From Marsupella aquatica (Eukaryota > Plantae > Marchantiophyta), in contig OZ316892.1 of assembly GCA_973895155.1 (NCBI GenBank), forward strand, positions 6,128,847-6,192,846: 64,000 nt of DNA, in the 5' to 3' direction. The notes beneath the pieces were generated by a model. The model worked only from the letters and a program-made list of their open reading frames with translations. It had not been told where the DNA came from and made no database searches. The translations under genes and the position numbers were made by a program. This document shows, in pieces, positions 1 through 11,994 of the stretch (position 1 is its first letter; every line of letters begins with the position of its first letter).

Positions 1-449
1 CCCAGGCTTTGCTTCCTTGAGAAAAAAAACTTTCAAATGTTGCTACATTTAGGAGGCTAGGGTAAGCAAGGGCTTGGCTGTGTACCACTTGAGCTCAGGG
101 GAAGGTCTACTATTTCGGGCAATGGTCTTGTCCGGAGTGCAGGTGCCTTTTTAGAGTAGGGGCGACCATGGGCTGCTGCTGTGGTTTAGACAGTGTTTAG
201 CCGGAACAATAGTAATGGGGGTCAAGGTGGCAATTTAAATAATTTGAGGACACGTTATAGGGGGTACGCACTAGTAAAAAATGGTTAGCTGTAAAAAGTA
301 CTGTGCATCTTAGTGAATTGAATAAAAAGTGCAAACTTTTAATTCCTGATCCGATGAGGGCAATCCAATCCCAATCTTAAACATTGGCAAAGCAACCCCC
401 CTGTTTCAAAAAGAAGAGGATCTTCAAAAATTTCCTGAGATAGTTATTT

Positions 450-760
450 GTTGAACTTCATTAAACCTCAACTACACCTATAGAGAGATAACCAGTACCA
501 CTCATTATAGAGAGATAACCAGTACCTCTCATTATCTCATTATAAAGTGCACGGTGCACAGGTTCACTTGCACAAGGAACGGGCTTGGGCTCCACCTTTT
601 GTGGTGAGTGCTCCACATTCTATGGTGAATATATACACTATTCATCACATGAGAGGGATGAGCCCCACATTTTATGGTGAGCACACTTATCACATGAGAG
701 GGATGAGCAAAAGCGATGCAGGGAATGGGGCTTTATATGGGCAGGTGTGGTTTAGAACGT
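450..760. repeat. Dispersed repeat, homologous to 7198-7425
   Basis: Shared collinear blocks: GTTGAA..TTAAACC.CAACT, TCCACCTTTT, TATGGTGAGCACACT and GGGGCTTT..GCAGGTGTG.TTTA. Also contains a 27-bp tandem duplication at 481-535. Confidence 0.65.
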
Positions 761-949
761 TCTCCATTTTTACAAGTTATTCCGAGCGACACTCTTTCAG
801 AGTAGTCAAATTTTCCCTTAATTCTTGGATTCTCTCAGGACTTTTGTCGATTATTACTTAAGCATGGTTCTACATTTCAAGGGATGATCTGGTAGGTTTT
901 TGGGAAAGCAGGATCGAGTAATAATGTCCAATTCATTCTTTTCTGGATA

Positions 950-1690
950 AACTCTGGCTTCCACCCACAAACGGAAAGAACCTGGACGAGCATCTTGACC
1001 AGACCAACTACAGTACAGTGCTTCGTTTCAGCTGACATTGAATACGTTTTCCGACACCCTTTAATCTTACACAGACATGCAATTTGTAAGACATGCAATC
1101 TCGTGATGGAGCTACGGCAGTCGTTGGTTGGAGATCCTCTTTCCCCTCTCTGCAATGTATACATATCGCAAGGAGGACGATTAGGCCATTAAGACGAGCC
1201 AAAGTACGTTGCGATCGAGCCAGTCACTCGAAGGCCCAAGCATTTGTTTGTGGCTATGCCAAGTGAAGACCGATCAGCGTCACCCATTACGTGCAATGTT
1301 GCAGAAGAGGGGTTAGCGAGGCAGTAAGTCTGGCTGGATGCAGCTGCAGCTTCTCCTCTTTGGGACCTACAATAGAGGCGTGGGCATGATCTTTTGGACA
1401 TGAGATTGCAGGTTTCTAGTATTCTTCCTGAGGGAAATTGACATTGGATGCCTGTGTGACCAGAACAAAATTATGCTGTTTGCTGCTGAAAATCTCAAAA
1501 GTGCGTTGCATTCATGGAGGATGTCTAGTACCAGACCGGCACACTCCGAGTCAGTGTCCCCATTCGTGGGCTGCCCTCTCTGAACGCCGTCTCTTTGAAT
1601 GTAATTCAGAAGGGGGAAAAAACAAAACACTGCTAGTCAGTCAAGGAGAGATCCGGATCTGCTGCGTCGTTCATTATTGCTAAAGGTATT
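950..1690 (+). pseudogene. Possible highly decayed protein kinase relic
   Basis: One frame with several stops contains FRHPLIL..ICKTCNLVMEL, GH*DEPKYVAIEP and GN*HWMPV*PE in kinase subdomain order. There is no intact DFG and the spacing is long. Confidence 0.3.
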
Positions 1691-4204
1691 AATTTGATCC
1701 CCCAGCGAAATGGACGTGTGATGCGCGAGGACTGCATGGATGGGCTGGTGGAACGTTGACGGAAAAGTGGCAGCACTTCACCAGCCGCAAACGTCCATGT
1801 AGAGTGAAAATTAATAGTGAATCTTTTCAGGTTCCACTGCCGAAATGAAACGCCCACCTACTCTCGCTCCCTCTCTCAGTCTCTCTCTCTCGCGTATACC
1901 GGCATGCTAAACCTTTTGTTCCCGGGAAACCCCAATTCTCTTGTCGTCTGCACCGCAGTCCTCCACTCCTCATAGCCTTCCCTTTCACTGTTACACGACC
2001 GTGGACAGATGACAGCAGCCTCTGAGCCTCTCCGTTCTCCGAGCAAACCATATGCTTCCCGTTGGACCTGACAGATCCTGGGGACGGGTGAATTGATGCG
2101 TAAAGGTAACACCCTTCCAGGAAGGAGCTATCCGACATAACAGTCCCTTTTGAGTTGTTCTTAGCTGTTATTTAGGAGAACTCCCGAAGAGAGAGCGCAA
2201 CGATACAGTACCGTACTTCAAAATATGGCCTCGACTTTTCTGAATTCCGATTTACAGTCAAATTCTCAACTCCCACCCAGGCTGTCGCGTGGTGGGGATC
2301 ATATAAAACAATACCGGCGTCATTTCCCGTTTCTGGATCGTTTATTTTTTCGCTGGGTAGACACTGTAGGAGGGCAGCCAAAATATAGGACTGTTTTAAA
2401 CGGACACATGCATCAGCTTTTCAGATCCTTCAATGTCAGCTTTCCCCATCATGCCTTAGCAGAATCGGGTTAGCGTGAAATTAAATGTCTTGTCCACCAA
2501 CTACTGTAGACTATTTTTAGGAGTTTAACAGGCACCAGACTGACAGAGACATATAGGCAGATACCCGGGGGCAGATAGGCTGCCCTACGGCAGCTTTGAC
2601 GTCTGTCCACTCTTTCAATCATTGCTAATATAATTAAAAAACAACATGCACAAAGTATCGTCACTATCGCAAAATCCACTTTAATCTAGGACTCTCATGA
2701 CTCATGAAGTCATGCAAAAATCCAAACTGCCCCGTGTGCTTGTTCGATGCATGGTATTCAATAAAAACAAACTGGCGTTCACCAGGAAAAAAAACCCAAA
2801 CTGCCCATATCACTTTCATAAGCGTATCACTAACTTGGGCACAAGCAGGAAGGGCAATTCGGAGAATCATGGGAAATGCTCAGAGTGCAAAAATCACATT
2901 GACTTGATTGACAAAAGAAGGACATTCAGGACATTAGAATACACAGTAGAGATTGTACATACTCAGAAGAAGTTTCGTGCCAGTTGCCTCGAAGGTTTTG
3001 GGTTGTGTGCCGCACAAGTTGGAAGCAATTAATTAATTGAGCGCGTTTATGATTCATTCCAGTGTTAAAAACCAGCCAATGAAGTGCCACGGTGATGCAA
3101 CAGAGACTTAACGACCATCTGGGGCACAGAACCGACCACGACATGCCTCGCAGACAGGAAGAAATTGAGTGAGCAAATCGAGCTTTAATTATTTACTTAT
3201 AGAACCGTAGCTTCCAATTCGGAAGTAATTAAGACATTACGGACCATTTGGGGGAGGTCCGCAGAGCACATGACGATTCTAATGCCGCTAGTCTACTATC
3301 CACAACCTCTATCAATATCGATGGGATTGAAGCAATTTGACAATGAAAACCTACACCACCGCTAAAGGCCAAGTCTTCTTCGAGAAAAGATTTGGGCCCA
3401 CAAATGCAACTACCTCGAACCGGGCACTCACCCAATCTGCCAATACCCCTCCAGAATCTATCTAATCAGCCACATTTGTACGCGCATCAGCGTTCCCTCC
3501 GGTGGTTCAGTGTGCACGGCGTATCTAAATCACGTCGATTCTGATACCTAACGTGTAGGGGACATGTCAATGTGAACCCTCGCTCGTCATTGAGCAAAGA
3601 ATGAAGTCTCCATGTGGGTCCCAGAGGCGATCAGGATGCTTCTGCACAATTGCTATGTTCGCCTTGTTCCCAGAGCTCTTTAGCTGTTCAGCGCAGCCCA
3701 ATCTTTGAATGATGGAAGTTACCATTCCACATCACAAAATCATGACTGGAATCCAGGCAGGAGCAGCTTCGATGGCGGAAATTGAAGTGACAGTTCCACA
3801 AGCTTCTATGCAATCGGCAAAGCAAGTCGTCTCATCACAACGTTCCTAGCCCACCCAACAAGTCAGAGCCTCGACTCAAGGCAATGCATAATAACTTCGG
3901 CGAAACGCCCACTGTTTCCGTCCACTTGGCTTTCTGAGCAGTGAGAATTGATCAACCGTGTTACACAATCATCGTCCCTAATTGGCACTCCTGTACTTCT
4001 TCTGTCACAATATAATGCACCAGCCAACTCATATGCCTAGAAACGACTGCTGCACCTTCGTCACAGCACGGGACTCAAGGACTCACTCATCAGCTGTAAC
4101 AACATTCCTTTCCTCCTATACAAAACCAGCCGACGATGTAAAGAATCTACATTTTGCTTTACCACTACGGTAGCAATTCGTCCCAGAGCTCGAAGTAGCT
4201 GCAA

Positions 4205-6568
4205 TTAGTGCTTGAACAACGCTACCGTGGCGCAATAGGTATTCCTGTTGTCGCTGTCCAGGGCAGCGCTGTTGCCATCCAGCGTGACCATGTTCATGGC
4301 AGCTTTGGTGCTTAGGCCGTAGAGGAAGACGCTGCTGCAGCTCTGCAAATCGAGTATGTTGGATTGGCAGCTTTGGGTCAGGAGACAGTCTTGTGCGTAG
4401 TTATCAAAAAAGCTGTAGAGGCTGGCTCCATAGATATAGACATTCTGAGAGTTTATGATCCGCAAGCCCCATGCTCTTGGGCACAGGTCCATGTCGGATC
4501 CGCAGTAGACTGAAAAATCCGGATCCGAGTACACGCTGTTGACGCTGAATGGCGTCATAGCGTTGGGATTCGCCTGGAAGTAAGGAGTCTCGGTCTGGAT
4601 GAGTCCCATGTACACGTTTGCTGCATTGTTGATTTGGAAGTTGTACATCACGGAGTGCTCGGCACTGCTGCCCCAAATCCAAACAGGGCCGGACGAGCTT
4701 TCGATCAAGGCACCACGTCCACTGAAGATGTTGATTTGATTATGATCAGCCAAATCCAATTCGTGATCCGCGACCCACAGCCACATCCCCTCCATGTAAA
4801 TGCTGGCTTGCTTCGTGACATGCAGCAGCAGGAATGCTCCTTCGCAAGGAGATTTCGCCACTGCCGTAACAGTGGGGTTCTTCGAACAGCTATCAGACTG
4901 TAGATTGGTTCCAGCAGCGCCTCCAATACGGACGTGCACGTCCCAAATGGCAACCGAGCCTTGAGAGGTCTCGGCGACATTCCACTCAATCATGACCGCA
5001 CCGGGCTGTGGGCCCTGGGTCGCAAAAATAAGGTCCGACATCTCCACCACGCCGGTGTCACCGGGCTGTCCAACTTGGAACACCGGCTTCGGATTGCCTT
5101 CATCTTTAAACGATGAAGACCCTCCAGCAAGAATGATGGGCCAAATCTCTCCCGTGATGCGTATGCTCTTCGGCACCTTGACGGTGTCCGTGACCAGGTA
5201 GGCGCCATGATCGAAGTAGACGACGTCACTAATCGAGGCTGAGTTGAAAAGTGCTTGAATCGCAGCTGTGTCGTCAGTGACACCATCTCCTTTCGCACCG
5301 TAGGCCTTGACGCTGAGGAACGCGGAAACTGGCACATTCTCATACTGCGGCTTGGATCGCGTGAACACCCGTCCAGAAGAAGAGTCGAGCAGCACTGAAG
5401 GTTTCGTGACAGCTGACTGCTTGCCTTGAACGGGAGTGCCAGCATTTGCACCGAGATACTGTCGGCCTTGCATCCACGAGGCAATTTTCGAGTTACCGGC
5501 CAGAATCGTCGCTGCGGTACCCACATTCGACACGGCGACGGGCACATTGTTCGTCATATCGACATTGTCGAGGATGAGAGTGCCGTTGGTGCCTGTCTCA
5601 GTCGTTAGGTAAGAGCTTACAATACCGATAGGTGTGTTGCTGATGATGCTGTCGATCAGAAGCACGGAGCCCACAGTCTGGCTCCCTACGCCGCCACAGG
5701 ACATGTTGATGCCCACATTCGTGGCGCTGTTGATGGTGATCCCGTGCAGCGTCCACGCCCAGTTCCAGTTCATGAAAATGGCTGTCTGGCAATTATTGAA
5801 GGTCAGATTCCGACTCGTGAATTGCTGGTTCCCCAGAAACGCTCCGTATTGCCCCCCATTGAACGTGAGGTCCGCCATGAACCCCCCGGACCCATTGTCC
5901 ATGAAAATTCCCATCTGCCGGTTCTGGCTACCTCCATCGGTGCGCATGTTGAACACAATGTTCTGCAGGCTCGTGGCCTGGGCAACCTGCCAGTGGAGGC
6001 AGGCGCCGGCCGTGAAGGGAATCGCGGTGACATCGAGCACGAAATTGCGAACCTGCCGAAAGAAATTGTTCTGATTAGTAAACCAATTCGCACCTCCGCC
6101 AGTATACGGATCCGAATCGATGAGCGCAATGCCTTGAAACACAGCCGAGCCTTTGATAGTCGGAATCGAAACAGCGTCCCCCACAAATTGAGTATAATAG
6201 AGCTGCACCAAAGGCTTGCTGATGGAGTACGTCCCAGGGGGGAAGTAAATCAACGCCGGCGTGATGGTGGATGAATCACAGCCCTGCCCGCACCGGCCTC
6301 CGTCCAAAATCGCGCTGTTTATGGCATCTGAATCGTCTGCATTGCCATCACCGACCGCACCGAAATCCTTCACATTCCGAAACACTTGATATCCCGCATT
6401 GCCGAACGCCACCGACCCTTGTCGCTGGATCGACGCTATCCAGTAGCTGGAGCTCGAGCTAGAGTTTGAGCTCGCAGCTGCAGCTCCAATGCTGCGATGA
6501 ATTGGGCTTGAAAGCAGCAAGAAGGCAACAACCCATAGAGCATAGATGGTGAACCTTGACGATGCCAT
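4205..6568 (-). CDS. Secreted glycoside hydrolase family 55 exo-beta-1,3-glucanase (glucan 1,3-beta-glucosidase), fungal-type, intronless, ~787 aa
   Basis: Single uninterrupted ORF. The first ATG is at 6568; the ORF track starts at a TTG at 6574. A hydrophobic signal-peptide-like N-terminus and Ser-rich linker precede YWIASIQRQG..VFRNVKDFGAVGDG..DDSDAIN, GRCGQGCDSST..PALIYFPPGTY, NQNNFFRQVRNF and HWQVAQATSLQN. A second beta-helix begins at SVKAYGAKGDGVTDDTAAIQ and includes WLWVADH, SAEH and IQTETPYFQ. These are the motifs of fungal GH55 enzymes (Lam55A/Exg1 type). Confidence 0.95.
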   Translation of the reverse strand: MASSRFTIYALWVVAFLLLSSPIHRSIGAAAASSNSSSSSSYWIASIQRQGSVAFGNAGYQVFRNVKDFGAVGDGNADDSDAINSAILDGGRCGQGCDSSTITPALIYFPPGTYSISKPLVQLYYTQFVGDAVSIPTIKGSAVFQGIALIDSDPYTGGGANWFTNQNNFFRQVRNFVLDVTAIPFTAGACLHWQVAQATSLQNIVFNMRTDGGSQNRQMGIFMDNGSGGFMADLTFNGGQYGAFLGNQQFTSRNLTFNNCQTAIFMNWNWAWTLHGITINSATNVGINMSCGGVGSQTVGSVLLIDSIISNTPIGIVSSYLTTETGTNGTLILDNVDMTNNVPVAVSNVGTAATILAGNSKIASWMQGRQYLGANAGTPVQGKQSAVTKPSVLLDSSSGRVFTRSKPQYENVPVSAFLSVKAYGAKGDGVTDDTAAIQALFNSASISDVVYFDHGAYLVTDTVKVPKSIRITGEIWPIILAGGSSSFKDEGNPKPVFQVGQPGDTGVVEMSDLIFATQGPQPGAVMIEWNVAETSQGSVAIWDVHVRIGGAAGTNLQSDSCSKNPTVTAVAKSPCEGAFLLLHVTKQASIYMEGMWLWVADHELDLADHNQINIFSGRGALIESSSGPVWIWGSSAEHSVMYNFQINNAANVYMGLIQTETPYFQANPNAMTPFSVNSVYSDPDFSVYCGSDMDLCPRAWGLRIINSQNVYIYGASLYSFFDNYAQDCLLTQSCQSNILDLQSCSSVFLYGLSTKAAMNMVTLDGNSAALDSDNRNTYCATVALFKH

Positions 6569-6727
6569 CGCCAAGCCGCACCAAGCTTCTGCTCTCAGAA
6601 TGCTTAAACCCTTTCGGCCCGTTCATAACCTTCATCACAGCTTTTCACACAGAGCAGTCATCAGTCCTCAGGACTGACTTCAGAGTGACTTCAGCACGAG
6701 GAGCCGTTCATTTTCTCGTTCCGACAG

Positions 6728-7135
6728 TTGTCGCACGTGGCACTCTTTCTGAAACCCCACGACTTGGAGAGATCACGCTGTTTGTACACAGAACGTTCGG
6801 CTTACGCCCATAGTATCTGGGAAAAGGTCATGCTGCATAACGATATATGATCTGGATGTCGATCATTTGCGCTCGTGGTTCTCTTTTGTAAACGTGGGAC
6901 CTGGAGGGGGTCACGGGGTCACGTTACTTGTACACGGAACTTTTTTCTTACGCCCATAGTATGGGGGAAAAGGTCACTGTACCTAACATTGCCTTTAAGG
7001 ATTTCAAGAATTGGCGCTCATGGTTCCCTTTTCTAAAGATGGGACTTGGAGGGGCCATGGGGTCCCGCTATTTGTACAGGGAGCTTTTGGCTTTACACCC
7101 ATAGTATCCCAGAGAGGCCGTGGCACTTAAAGGAT
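6728..7135. repeat. Degenerate tandem repeat, ~146-bp unit, ~2.8 copies, upstream of the GH55 gene
   Basis: TTGTACA..GAAC..CTTACGCCCATAGTAT recurs at ~6782, ~6928 and ~7072. GCGCTC.TGGTT recurs at 6869 and 7014. Confidence 0.85.
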
Positions 7136-7197
7136 ATCTAGAATGGGACGGAGGTAAACATTATAGTAATGGCACTGCTCCAATTCGCCAATTTTTG

Positions 7198-7425
7198 AAG
7201 TTGAATTGTTAAACCACAACTTGCCTTTTTAGAGCTACCAACTGGATATGTTCATTATACATTCAGTTTCACTATGAATGGGCTTCAGTTCCACCTTTTG
7301 GGCTGACTGCTCCACCTTTTATGGTGAGCACACTATTCACCACACGACAAGTGACAAGAATCAACACCAACTGGACAGGGAAAGGAAATTAAGGGGGCTT
7401 TTATAAGAGCAGGTGTGATTTAATC
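7198..7425. repeat. Dispersed repeat, homologous to 450-760
   Basis: Same blocks and same orientation as 450-760. Confidence 0.65.
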
Positions 7426-10400
7426 CAACCAGGAACTCTTTAACAACTTCTTTACTTGAACCAATGTCCTCCTTGGCACTTCAAGCTCGTTTGTGCATGG
7501 CAAAGGCACAGACTCATGTCCTCATAAGAGCTCATGAAGAGAGAAAGTTGTGAATTCTGGGATCAATGGTCGAGAATAGGGACAGAACCAAATTGATTTA
7601 GTTGTAAGCATTACTTATTTAAAAGAAATAGTCCCTAGAGAGAGAAGGGGACCAGAAGACCCACGAAATCAAGAAATGTGTGTGTAGACATCTGGTGCAT
7701 TTGGAAAACTGTGCAATAAAATGAAATCATTCATACAGAACTTGCTTTCAAAGCAAGCTCGAGCATCAACAGCTTGTACAAGAACAGCAAAAAATCACAG
7801 GAAGACAAAAGAGCAAAAATCTAGAGTCACCACCAAAGCCAAAATAGCCTTAGTCAACAACAAATTAAAAATGCTTGCCTGGTGGAGCTTCACTGGGGGT
7901 ACCCAGTATAGAGAGTAAAAGTAGAGGAGTTTGACTAGAGGATCTGTGTCCAAGTCCAAAAACCTCAAAGTTCCACAGTAGAGTGTCTCAAATATTGATG
8001 GACTTTAACCATAAGGTTAGTGATTGGTCATATGCCATCTTACTAATAAAGCCATAAACAAAGCTACTTTCAAGGGCTACGAGCCTGAATGTCCACTCTT
8101 TGAATATTAATAAACACCATGACAAAAATGATCATGTATCATCATCATGACCCCGATCATGACATACATAACATCCTATGGTTTTTTCATCTACATAATT
8201 TTTGGTAGGCCCCTATTTTACAGCCTTCACTCTAGAAACCTAGACCCTAACACTAGTTTCTCGTGGCAATTTATCAGTAAGATAATATGGAGTGAAGCCT
8301 CTAGATAGTACCTCTCAACAAAGATAAAAATGACATTGACTCTAAACAAAAACAGAAATGAAAGTGAAGGTGGACCAAAAAGGACAGGGACAAAGAACAA
8401 CAAAAGACAATGAAATTGATTTAAAATAAAGACAAAAAGCAAAGATGGGGCAAAGATGAACAGGCAATAACATGGAATTCACTTTTTTTGCAAGACTTTT
8501 TTTTTTGGTCTTCACATTCAAACAATTGGTAATCCGTTAGTGACCATAAGTCACTATAGAGGCTAGTGAAATTCATAAATAAATGAACTTTTACGTAACG
8601 CTGAGCAAGCTTTGACTATTTGTTTATGGAACTTTGACTCCCTTATAATTCACCAAGCTCATCCTAACTGACTCCCTAACAGGACATCTCAAAGCTGGTA
8701 ATTTGATAGATCTTCACTCTAATTGGTCTTATGCCATAATAATTGGTCTTATGTCATAACCATTAGTCATTGTGTAAGCTACTAAAATTAAAAAACAAGA
8801 AACATTTTTATACATCTTGTGAAAAAATTATAACCATTTTGTTTATGACCAAATGCCATCCTCCTTAATTTACAAACTTTGAGACTCCCTAATAATAGAC
8901 AAAAGGCAGGTTTAGTAGCGACTCACCTCTTCTCTAGTGAACTTTTCTAGAATACTTCTCTCGCTTGGCCCTCCCTTAGGCTAGCTTTGAAGAAACTTTC
9001 TTGATACACAGTCTCTCAACTATGCGCTGATTCTTGGCCTCCGCTATGTCACGGATCTCAACTCCCAGCACCCGATCAGCTCGCCCTCTCATCTGTTGCC
9101 AAGTTTTTTTGATTCAGCCCTTAGTCCCGCAGCGACTTGACACTGCTTTCACCAATCCATTCCGTCCAACTGTGCATTCAGGAGTTGAATTGCTGCTGGC
9201 ACTATTTTCAGCTGGGAATTCTCAGCCGCTGTTTGTGCTTTCGACAATTCAATATTTTCAGCTGCCGCACAGCTCTGCTGTGTTGCAACCTCTCCACTGG
9301 ATGTGCCCCAAAATGTGATTGTGCCCTAGATATCCGCACCTACTCGATGCTGCTACGAGTGTCTGCTCGAGCTTTGGTTGCGCTTCTTGAATTAAATTTT
9401 GTTCTCCCCTGATTAGTTCGTCTGCTGTGACATTGTTTCCGTTTCATTCAATGCTGCATCTGTCCAGGCTCCGCTTTATCTTTGGTCCTCCAGAATGAAA
9501 TCAATACTTAGAGTTGGGCTTGTGATTCTGATTTTTCCGGAAGCTTGGCTCATTGTGCTCTGCTGATTACTGTGACACTTTTCTGACCATTTTCTGACCC
9601 AAACTGGACACTATGACATGTTGTCAAGCTTCTCCATAGATTGCTGCTCTCTTGATTTGTCTCTTGATTTGATTTGGATGCTGAAGTCCTTTCTTGTTAT
9701 TATCTATCCACTAGTTCAATATCCATGTGTTGCGCAAAAGATGTTGTGATGTCCAAGATATCCTTAAGAGAAAAGATCTCATGAAAAAAAAGATGTCACT
9801 ACGTCAAGATGTTATTAAAAAAAAAGATGTTAAATATAAAGTGCACTACTTTTCTTGTCTTGTCATTTTTATTAGATTGTGCACTATTTTATTGATTATG
9901 TAATATTAATTAACTCCTCTCATGATATGGCATTTCCTATGCATGGATGATATGGCATGGAGCATAGTATGGCATGGATGGTAGAGGGAGAAGCACTTTG
10001 TATGCAAGAAAATACTTTGTACTTTTTTTGCTTGGAGAAACAGTATTCACATCAAACATAATTATTTTCTTCTTATTCCTTTCTCTTTTTTCATTTCACT
10101 TTTCTCTAAAAAAACCTCCTCAAATTTGAATGATGACCACTTTGAAAAAAGTAGCAACCCTTTATTATAGTTTCTAATATCTGCTGTGGTCCTGCTCACT
10201 GCTGCTAAAAATTAGTGTCCTGAATCTTTGCTAGCCATTTGTTCCACTGATATTTTACTCTTCCTGAGATCGTTGCACTGCTGATTGCCTTTGAACAAAA
10301 TCCATGCTGTTGGTTTCCTCACAATTAAAATACCCTATGTTGTTCCAAAAAAATTACCTTCTCATCTAACCCAATAAAAAATAAATTATACTTATTACAC

Positions 10401-10940
10401 CCTATACTTATTTGGGTGTGATGGGTCAAAAGAAGTGAAGACCGAACTAGAAATCTGGGACATCCTTTTGAACCCTGACAACATTTAGAAAGGCATTTGA
10501 CAACTCTTGGATTTGTGACAGATTTTTCTATGAGGAGGCCGGATGTGATGGGGTGTTGGACGTGAAGGCTATAGCTCCTTATTATAGTGTCTTTTCATCT
10601 TGTTTTTCTTCTAGAAGATTTGCAGCTGGACAAGGCTAGTGAGTTGTTTAAGGTACGAGGGGTCCATAGGGCATACAAGTTTAACATAAGAATCTAAACT
10701 AAAGCACACTTATCTATTAGAGCACTTGTTATGGGATGTGGGCTTATTAAGGCATGCAACACTTGGTTTAGTGCATGCCAGGCGCATCACTTGGTTTAGT
10801 GCACGCTAGATCCGTCTTCCCCAAAGCAGTGTGCACTTAGCAAGAGTTCACTGCTCACTCTTTGATGTGCAATTATCTGGAAGGGTAATGTGTCCCAACT
10901 GGTATACATATCCAAGCCTAGAGCCTAGAGCGATGTGGCT

Positions 10941-11053
10941 GACTATTTTATGAGAAACTTGTACTGTACCACAAATGGAGACTTTTATGAGAAAGCTGTA
11001 CTGGACCACAAATGGCGACTATTTTAATAATGAGAAAGCTGTACTGGACCATA
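10941..11053. repeat. Tandem repeat, ~37-bp unit, 3 copies
   Basis: GACT(A)TTTTATGAGAAA..TGTACTG.ACCACAAATGG repeated. Confidence 0.85.
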
Positions 11054-11149
11054 ACTTGTGAGCTAAATTCGTTTGCTGGCTGACGAAGCAACTCTCACCG
11101 ACTCACACAGTTGGCATGGCAGCCACACGAGTTCGCTGCCAGTACAGTA

Positions 11150-11308
11150 CTGCCTCAGTCTGTTTCCTTGAAATAATGCTGAAGGAAGATGCGCATGTGG
11201 TTTTCCTAAATCCGCAAATGGCTGCCTCAATGCCAGTCTCAGCTTGTTTCCACGAAATAATGCTGAAGGAAGATGCGCATGTGGTTGTCCTGAATGGCTG
11301 CCTCAAAG
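11150..11308. repeat. Tandem duplication, ~85-bp period
   Basis: GAAATAATGCTGAAGGAAGATGCGCATGTGGTT occurs twice, each followed by AATGGCTGCCTCAA. Confidence 0.85.
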
Positions 11309-11994
11309 CTTGAGTATGCACGTTCCCCAGTGAGAGTATTTGATGGTACATTCGGCACAGATCGAGCAAGCTCCACCGACAGTTCGCTGCTTCTCTGGGA
11401 CGGTTCACCTGGTGCAGGAGATCGAAAGATTGGATGCAAGCTCTCTTTCGAATCACGGGACAATGCCGAGGATGATCACTCCAGCTGAAAAATGCGTCAC
11501 AAGAATCGACACATTCCTAAGTTGTGGTGGTGTGGAAGATTTCGATCCGGTTCCTCTCGATGTCACAAATGAGGTGAATTCGCTCGGGCTTGCTGAGCAC
11601 TGGGCTTCACGGTCACTTCTTAGTTGCGGACTTAGAAACAACCGTTTCAGTTCGATGAACTAGAACCAGCGTTGATGTGGGCTGAAGTGACATTGCAATG
11701 TCGCTTCCTTCTGTAGAATTTCTCCTAGAGTGTGAACGCCTCGAGAAATCTGGAGCGTACTGAAGCTCACTTCCTTGTGTATTATTTCCATGTTACAATG
11801 GGCCTGTAGGAGGAGGGATCCATGCTCACCCGTCACGGACTGTTAACGCAGCTCCATATTCTGAGCTCCCTTTCCAAATCTCCTTCGAGTCAAAGGAGAT
11901 CACTCAACTCTATTACCACAACGTCCCACTTACAATCCTGGTTGCAGGACCATGCTCAAATTGCGAAGAACTACAACCCAAGTGCTACCCATAT

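Noticed and set aside
2172-3435. Short ORFs including Cys-rich KNPNCP peptides
   Set aside because: No coherent zinc-finger spacing, splice structure or family match; the repeated peptide comes from a short local duplication.
4404-6462. Several 60-185-aa ORFs overlapping the GH55 gene on both strands
   Set aside because: Shadow ORFs caused by the GC-rich codon usage of the real gene; they have no recognisable motifs.
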